Shown in pieces: positions 11,429-20,000 of a stretch of 20,000 nucleotides of DNA (position 1 is its first letter; every line of letters begins with the position of its first letter). Where the stretch lies: positions 760,527 to 780,526 of the forward strand of contig NW_014577092.1 in NCBI RefSeq assembly GCF_000485595.1, written 5' to 3'. This DNA comes from Priapulus caudatus (lineage: Eukaryota). The translations under genes and the position numbers were made by a program. Below the pieces are notes generated by a model. The model was not told the origin of the DNA and ran no database searches. It saw only the letters and a list, made by a program, of their open reading frames with translations.

Positions 11429-12785
11429 TTTAGTAAAAACAAAGGACATTCGGCGGCGGGCGTCAGTCCAAGCTTAATTGGGTGTCAAGTGGAGTGATAG
11501 GCATCAATCTTGAATTATTATCCTTCGCGTAGGAAATGAGGAGGCTGAGTGTCAGCTTCCAGTGTGCAGATGCTCGAAGTAGTTGAGAAGCTGTAGATTA
11601 GGTCCCGGTGTGCGCGAAATTCCTGACGTCTGCGATAAACATGATATAAGATGCGTAGCGCATGCGTGCGAGCGCACAATCACAGCTTCGTCCTTTGTGT
11701 TACGATAAGTTTGTTACACTTGAACGAACACAACCTGTTTGTAATGTATATAATTTACGTTAGAGTTTAGGAGTTGATATGGTAAGATTATAGTTGATAT
11801 TCTGATCAAAAACGACACACGGAGCGTCGTTGAAGAGAGCGTTACTATTCACACGACCTTTTGTCTTTGATCGATCAGTTCTGGACATGCCTCATACATA
11901 TCTCATGAGCTCCTACAAGTGAGAGCCTCTGTAGGATCGTTTGTTAATTCCGCATTGTTTATTTGCGCAGGTTAACCTACAAGCGGGCAGCAGAGCTTTC
12001 ACCATTTTTCAGTTGACCTCGCTTAGCAGCAATTTCCGTGGTCGCCACAAAAAGGCCAAGTGTGGCGGGGCCGGCAAGACAAACCACCATCACCACGGAA
12101 ATTTAGTGTGACCACGAGTTGCCGAGAATCAAACCGTTTTGATTTCTCCACCACGAAAATTGCTCGTGTGGAAACTAGTGTGAAAGTTGTGCTGCGACGC
12201 GCAAACGGCCACAAAAATTGCCGACCACGAAAAATGGCCTGTACGAGCAACGAAAATGGTGAAGTGTGCTGCCAGCTTTATGTTCAACCATTATGCGCAA
12301 TTGTTATCGCATAACAATGTGCAGGTTGTTATTTCGCATCGTAGTAGCTATGCGAGCCTGAGAGAAAGAATACAATGCGTCCAAGCGAAACAATCAAGCG
12401 AAATAATGCGAATTAAACAATGCCCAAACTCTGCATACGCAATCCGCAATACCCATACTGCATGCATTGAATTTCCGCTGCATATCAGCAATTTTCGCGC
12501 TACACCGGTGATCGGTCTCGTGGTCTCGCCGTGAGAATGCATTCGTGTGTGGCTGGGTAGCGCCCAGCGTGCAAATGACAGGCACTCGACTCCTGAGACA
12601 TATATTGTAGGTTGTCAAAGTGATGTACGGTCAGCCATAGATAGTAAAAGTAAAAAAGTTATGCCACTTTTTCGACGAAATGCAAGTGATCTGTTACTTT
12701 TAATGGTTAAATTGCTGCATTGTACTTCCTATTTTGCTATTTCGTTCGATGTGAACAGCACATTGTGACTCATACATACCGCATA

Positions 12786-12810
12786 NNNNNNNNNNNNNNN
12801 NNNNNNNNNN
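12786..12810. other. Assembly gap, 25 N
   Basis: Run of 25 N. Confidence 1.
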
Positions 12811-14976
12811 TCTCCACATTCTCCCTCCCCTTTCTGTGCGTGCTGTCTACTTCCCTCTCTTCTCTCTTTCTCTCTCTCTCTGCTCTCTCTCTTCTCTCTC
12901 TCTTCGCTCTCGCTCTCGCTCTCTATTTCTCTCAATCTCCCTAGCTCCATAATAACTCATCTACATAAACCTGACTATACTGCGTCGTTTCCATTATGGG
13001 CCATCTGGCGCAGTCGAATGCTTCTATTGAGCAGTGATTTATCCGATCCTCATTCACGTTGTTTTTCGCCACACTGAATTTGAACGCGCCCGTTATGCAT
13101 ATATTGCAATGTTCCGAGGGGCGGTGGCGAGTTATCTGCAGTACGCGCCATTCGTTGTTTCAGCTTCATCGTTGTTTACGTGTCATGAGTGTGTATCGTC
13201 GTCATGGCGCGTAGTCGACATTGTTTATACCTCGTTATCAATTCACGTGACATCATTGTTTTACGCGTCATGATGTGTTGGTGTGTGTGTGTATCGTCAT
13301 CATGGCGTGGACGTCATCATTGTTATTACCTTGTCGATCATTTACGCGACATCATCGTTTAGCGCATCATGAGTGTGTATGCGTCGTCATGGCGCGTAAG
13401 TCGTCATTGTTTATACCTCGTCTGGCCTCGTCATCATTGTTTATACCTCGTCATCATTTACGCGTCATTATTATTTACGCATCAATGAGTGTGTATGCGG
13501 TCATCATGGCGCGTAAGTCGTCATTGTTTATACCTCGTCATCGTTTACGCGTTTGAGTGTGTATACGTCATCATTGCAGATTTACTACTGTTGTACTGTG
13601 ACTGCGTCTCTTCGCTGTCGCTCGATGATGCCCGTTGCACGGTCCTCAAATGAAATCTGTAGTCGCAGTGACGGTTTGACGATAAGTTTTATTGTAATGT
13701 ACAGTTTCATACCATAGAGGCATAGACATACTCCTGCAAAAATCATTAATACGTGTAATATATAATTCAAGTCAGTAAAAGTGAGTTTATCTAAGTTCAT
13801 CGCGTCAAATATTACTATTAATAACTAGTACGATAATCGCAAGAGAAATACGAAAACGTAAAATCATCAATACATGAAATATAATACAAGTAAGTACAAG
13901 TAAGTTTATCTATGTTCATCGCGTCAAATTAACTACTAATGAACAAGTACGATAGTCGCAAGAAGAAATACGAAAACGCTAAATTCTGGAGCCGGCTTGT
14001 GTTCTCGCCTGATGCATTTCCTCCACATGTATGCGTACATAATATTATCGTCAGAAAGGCAACGTCGTTTTCTGAGATTGCACCGCGCCCTATTCGTGAC
14101 GGGACATTATCGACACATGCACGCGGGTGCGTACGCACGCGAATATCCGAGTATGACTCGAATATTGAACCACCGCCTCTGAACTACGACGCCATTCGAC
14201 GATGAAATGATCACGCACCGTTACGAGAAACCGGGATCCCCTACAGTGGAGACCCGACGGAAGACAAACGCAAAGAACATGGCCGACGAAATGTAACCGT
14301 GCGCCTTTCTCAGCTCCCCCCTCTGAGGTGGGGGGGGGGCACACGGAACGTTACTCGCGACTACGCATTACGTACTTCACCCTAATCAAATGAAACGAAT
14401 TTCGAGTCTATTCAATCGTTAGCCTAGGTCGCGGTTTAAAAAATACTTTTTTGAAAATGCCCCCCCACCCTTCAAGTTGCAGCGGAACTTAACTAGCGTT
14501 TGTCTACCGAATAACACAGGAGGATTCACAACCTTCTGACGGTAAACCTGCTACGCACATGTAACATCACGAGCTAATAATACCTATTGGCGACATGTAA
14601 TACGGTCGTACAGTTCCGGCGCTGTTTACTGGAGAGGCATCTCAGTTTGCACATACAACCTGGAACGGCATGGCAGTCATCTATTGATTACGCGCATTCT
14701 TGTGCGCTTTCACGCTTTTTACGCGGGTAAACGACGGGGGCCAAACCTAACAGAATTACCCGTCTGCTGTCTGTGTTGTATGAGGACATATTCTGATTAG
14801 TAAACATTTGATCGAATCAGGTCAAAGCTTAGCGAGTCCATCAGTTTCTTGAGTGGTGCACTCCAGAGAACGCATCGTCTAAATCAGTAAAGAAAATAAG
14901 GCAACATACCCACGTCAGACAGCTCCTCGACAGACCCGTGTCACCATTTAAAAAACACACCTAACCTTTCACCCAT

Positions 14977-15145
14977 GGAACATCTCCTGGAATGCCCCCT
15001 GTTACCAGAGCCCTGTAGACCTGGAGATCTTGAGGCTTTCAACCACCGTGCCAGGTCATGTACTGTGTGCTGCAGTGGCTAGGTCGAGTGTAGTGTATAG
15101 TGACCCAAGAAGAAGAAGAAGAAGAAGAAGAAGAAGAAGAAGAAG
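14977..15145 (+). mobile_element. 5'-truncated non-LTR retrotransposon stub, Ingi/Vingi-like, with (AAG)13 tail
   Basis: Encodes MEHLLECPLLPEPCRPGDLEAFNHRARSC and, after a frameshift, CVLQWLGRV*, resembling the Hx3C half of a C-terminal zinc knuckle. Tail at 15107-15145; ACCCAT duplicated at 14971-14976 and 15146-15151. Clade assignment is from recalled motif resemblance. Confidence 0.72.
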
Positions 15146-17654
15146 ACCCATTGACCTCTAACTATTGCCCTCTACGTTCGAATTAAAAGATTTTTCCGCC
15201 GTGACGTCACATTCAAAAAACGCCGCAGCATTGGTTCCTTCAGTCATCGGTTAACATGAGCGACTGACGTCACAGACGCCGACGCCGCCGAGTGACATCA
15301 AGCGGCGCTTTTAGACTCAGCCATAGCTTGCACGCTTCGCCACTAGACTCCTTCTCGCGGCTTTCTACGTATACGGTGATAACCCGCGTTACGACATCTC
15401 GGATTACGTAAATTCGCGCGTGCGTAGTTTGTGAATGACGCCGACAAGACAAGATACGACGTACGACAACTCGCCGATAGCTGAGAAGAGACGGCACGCG
15501 TCGCGAGCAAACAGCGCCGGCGTAGAACCTCGACTCTACGAAGTGATGCATCTCTCCGTTTATATAAAGAAAATTATTTCAAATGTTTTCCCAACCGTTT
15601 TCATATTTTCTCGACCGTTCTGCAACTTACCGGTTCTAGTTGAATAACACCGAGTGTATATTGCAAGGCGAACGTGTCTTAGAACACTCTTGCATCATTA
15701 GCATCACCAATATGTGCACCGATCTGCATTACAAAGTAGATTTGTTTACATATGTCAACAACACTATCGCATGATTATCGCTCTCGCGAGATGCCATCGA
15801 CCGGTGCCCTGTCGCTGCTCTGCGTTTCCTTTGTCTACATATCGAGATAGGTACAAGTCTAGAACAATTTTATGTCACGTAAACACGTGCATATTGCAGA
15901 TTACTTCAGTATCGAAATTACCAGGAGTTTGTGCTGTTATAGGCTATAAAACACCTGAGTTTACCTTCTTGAGATTCTCGAAAATGAAATATGAAAATAC
16001 TGCGCAAAATACAAGCAATACTGCTGAAATATGATAATATGTACGCAGTATTTTGTAATGTATGTTTACGAAATAATCTGTAATATGTACGCTAACAGGT
16101 GAGACCTAATTTGTCTACATGTGTAAATTCTTTGATTTATTTGATAGATGGTAATTTTAAACTAGTATAGTTTAGCGTTAGTTAAGTCAGGTTGAGTTGT
16201 TAGATTAACTCAACCCGTTTCAAGCAACCAGTTTATCACCATAAACTAATCCTCAATGCAACCTACCACACCCTGTATACTATACACGTATACCCCTTGC
16301 CTCTTATTAGCGGCAATCTAGGTAATCCCCCAACCTCCAGGGAGGCGGCGCGGTGCCGCGCAAATTGGGAAACACGCTCGGGTATCATTTGTGTCTATCA
16401 ACAACAAATCACTGGCACGCCACGCGCGCGTGCTCGCGTGCGCGTGCATGCACGAACAAACGCGACGCGTCCACGACTAATTACGAGCTATCGGCAGAGC
16501 CAATCTGTAGGTGTACCCACGTCGACATGAAGCGCGTGTGTTTGTACGGACTCTGACCGCACATATACGCCGCCGCTGCTGTTGATCTCGTCTGCTGCGT
16601 GTATTCACATGACGCACGCTGCCGAGTCGCCAATATAACTTATAAGCCACGATACGCGTGATTAGATCGAGCCAGCCGATATGTTAACGTATAGGCTCAC
16701 TGCGCGTACAGAAATGCCTAGATCGGCGGGTGACCTATACAGGCCCGTATCTGCGTTATAGAGAGATCTATATGTAGTATATTATATAGTAGTATATATT
16801 GTTATAAAGTATAAGTCCGTATCTTATAGAGAGAAGTACCCGCAGGATACTAGAGCAAAAATAGATTGAAATTCGTCATTAATATTGTTGTAGTTTTAGT
16901 TGTGCGATGCTTTGTTTTGTATAGTTTCGCGTTAATATTGTTTTGGTTTACTGTTGAAAAGCCAGACGTGAATGTGAACATCTGAATGTTTGTTTCGCAA
17001 CGGTGTTTCGCTCTTCGAATACTAGTTAATAAACGGATTTAAATAGTTTGGCTTTTTTAGCATGTGCTGCTATGATAAAAATACGAATTCAACATGCCGT
17101 TATTTCTGAGAATATTTAGAAAATGATCAATATGACGATGCTGTCCTGCTCGTATAATGTTGGTTTTGCTGATGATGGGAAGCATTTCACCTGCTACAGA
17201 ACACACAACGGTGAAACGCGAAATCCATAACGTTTTGATAGCATTTCGTCACTTTGCCCGCGATAATAATGTACTGCAGTAGAGCGGCTGTGTATGTGTA
17301 TGTGATGGTGTATATAATAGTTAGTGTAATAAATGTAATATTAAATTATAGCTACAGTTATGTACACATTACATAAATTGTATGTGAATAGTTGCATGCG
17401 CGCGCGTGTATGTGTGCGCGCATACCTCCCTGAATGCGTGGGTGAGTGAGTGCGTGCGCGAATGCGTGCATGCGTGCGTGCATGTGTGTGAGCGTGCGTG
17501 CGTGCGTGTATCGCTAACCAGCCAGCGTTTCAAGGGCGATTCAACTGCGTAGCGCTCAACAACGTTTGCGTGAGAGACGTCATGATCAACGGCTTCCCCG
17601 TAACACATAGCTGACACCCAGCGTGGCCGCTGCACGCAGAGCCGATGCACCCTT

Positions 17655-18333
17655 TACACACACGCGCGCACGCGCGCACGCACGCAGACGACACACACAC
17701 GCCCGCACGCAGACGCGCGCACACACACGCACGCACGCACGCGCGCACGCACGCAGACGACACACACACACACGCCCGCACGCAGACGCGCACACACGCA
17801 CGCACGCACACACACAGACGACACACACACGCCCACACGCAGACGCGCACACACACGCATGCACGCACACACACACACACGGACGACACACACGCCCGCA
17901 CGCAGGCGCGCACACACGCGCCCGCACGCAGGCGCGCACACACGCGCCCGCACGCAGGCGTGCACACACGCGCCCGCACGCAGACGTGCACACAGACGCC
18001 CGCAAGCAGACGCGCACACACACGCACGCACACACACAGACGACACACACGCACCCACACGCAAACGCGCACACACGCGCCCGCACGCACACACACAGAC
18101 GACACACGCGCCCGCACGCAGACGCGCACACACACGCACGCACGCACGCAGACGCGCACACACACATGCACGCACGCAGACGCGCACACACACGCACGCA
18201 CGCACACACACAGACGACACACACGCGCCCGCACGCAGACGCGCACACACACGCACGCACGCAGACGCGCACACACACGCGCCCGCACTCAGACGCGCAC
18301 ACACGCGCACGCACGCAGACGCGCACACACACG

Positions 18334-18391
<58 letters not shown>

Positions 18392-18520
18392 GACGACACA
18401 CGCGTGCCCGCACGCATACGCGTACACACACGCACGCACGCACACACACAGACGACATACACGCACGCACGCGCACAGACGACACACGCCCGCACGCAGT
18501 CGCGCGCACACTCATGCACG
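17655..18520. repeat. Compound CA/CG minisatellite with motifs gcccgcacgcagacgcgcacacacac and cacacacagacgacacac
   Basis: Motifs recur many times; the array explains the long low-complexity ORFs at 17530-18675. Confidence 0.95.
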
Positions 18521-18743
18521 TAGGCAAGCAATCACGCGTACACCCACATTACGGCGCGTTACAACACTTTGATCCTAATAAGCTAGCCACGCAAGCAAAT
18601 CAAAGGGTGAAATTCCTCTTATTTGACTTTGAGTTCCAAGTTATTACTTTACCCCCGCCAAAACGGTTAGTCTAGCGTAAAGTTTGTATACACGCGATCG
18701 GTCAGCTGGTAATTTCCCGCTAACGAAGTCGCGTATACAATAC

Positions 18744-19025
18744 ACTGCCACCTACAAGAACCCTGCCACGTACAAGAACACTGGCATATACAAAAACACC
18801 GCTACACACACGAACACCGCCACATACAAGAATACTGCTACAAGCAAAAACACTGATACATACAAGAACACCGCTACATACAAGAACATTGCTACACTAA
18901 AGAACACCACCACGTACAAGAGCGCTGTAACGTACAAGAACACCACTACACACACCACCACTGCCACATAAAAGTACACTGCCACATACAAGAACACCAC
19001 TACACACAACACCACTGCCACATAA
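18744..19025 (+). repeat. 18-bp minisatellite, consensus ACYGCYACATACAAGAAC, about 15.5 units
   Basis: The 18-nt phase is kept throughout; translates as (TATYKN)n with TAA in units 13 and 16. Confidence 0.93.
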
Positions 19026-19379
19026 GTGTGAGTTTGTGGGTGTGTGTGCGTCTGTGTGTGCGTTTATGTGTGCCAGACTAATATAAACGCTAACATGTCT
19101 CATATTACTATTCTACGATCGTCTGAAAATTAATTTAGCCATACTGCGTTTTCACCAAACCCGGAAACCCCTGTAGTCGTGCACCTTATTTTAAATATAA
19201 AAAAAAATAGTCGGCAACATTTGCTTAGAATTACGTCTCAAGACCTTAGAGAGCAACGTAATAACGAACATACCTAAAATATAAAAACTTCACTATAAAT
19301 AAGTAGGGAAGAATGTTGTAATAAATATATACATATAATATATATGCGTAGTTGGTAGATGAAGAAAGAGGAGTGTAGG

Positions 19380-19677
19380 TAAGACCTAAAAAAAGACGTT
19401 TGTTTCCGCTAACCCGACCGAGTCCATTTTAAACCGCCGTGTCGAAACGAATTTTTTAAAATAAAATAAAAAATCCCAACGTGATATCGATCGGTGAATG
19501 CATTGATTTGACTTTGAAGTCATTATATTGGCTGTTATAAGTATAAAACAAGTATTGTTCAAATACAAAAAAAAAATTATTTAATGGTTTGCCTAAATAA
19601 GGTTTTGCCTGCCTACCGTGTCCAATTTTTTTCCAGCTCGTTAGCGGAAACAAAACATCTTTTTTTCTTAGGCCTAA
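19380..19677. mobile_element. Second copy of the 6009-6316 MITE-like element, within block E
   Basis: taagacctaaaaaaagacgtttgtttccgctaac ... gttagcggaaacaaaacatctttttttcttaggcctaa. Confidence 0.65.
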
Positions 19678-20000
19678 ACAGTGAAACCGTGCACTGATAT
19701 CTTGAGAAGAAGCCAAGGGAAGGAAGCCGGAGAAAGCGGCGAATGAGGAAGACAAAGATATGGGAAAATGGTCGATGGGTTAGTCTGAGAGGAGGTGGCA
19801 GCTATCGCTACTACGAGCTTATCCTAAATGCGCCTCGCTTTCTTCCCTTCCCTCCCCCTTCTTACACTAGGAGTCAAACTGTCTGTATGGGCGACTGTCT
19901 ACAACCCAGCCACGGGGAAGACGTATTTAATATAGGAAGCCGTGTGTGGTAGTAAATATAGATATACATCAAGAACTACTACTAATAATAATATATAATA

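Noticed and set aside
17119..17230. Short frame MTMLSCSYNVGFADDGKHFTCY resembling an Ig-domain DxGxxFxC motif
   Set aside because: Too short, bounded by stops, weak splice signals; likely chance.
19314..19985. Possible solo LTR (TGTTGT start, TATTTAA, AGTAAA, ends near aactac)
   Set aside because: No clean TG..CA termini, TSD, PBS or PPT could be established.

Overview
Repeat-rich eukaryotic DNA, probably from an invertebrate animal, with no intact protein-coding gene. Nearly all long ORFs in the track are translations of (CA)n, (GCAC)n, (TA)n or (CT)n microsatellites. Recognisable elements: (1) two inverted copies of a decayed 3' end of a Penelope-like retroelement, with a Cys-rich linker, a GIY-YIG endonuclease and a minimal type I hammerhead ribozyme, bounded by (TA)n tracts; (2) a ~625-bp non-autonomous Helitron with both ends; (3) a 5'-truncated Ingi/Vingi-like LINE stub with an (AAG)13 tail and a 6-bp TSD; (4) two MITE-like families; (5) several minisatellites. 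Large blocks recur in direct and inverted orientation around two 25-N gaps. Their junctions form a complete reciprocal set, as expected if the ~6-kb segment 3933-9947 exists in both orientations and both alleles were assembled. Copies differ mostly by small indels, which suggests low-depth long-read gap filling, so copy number and order need checking against reads.
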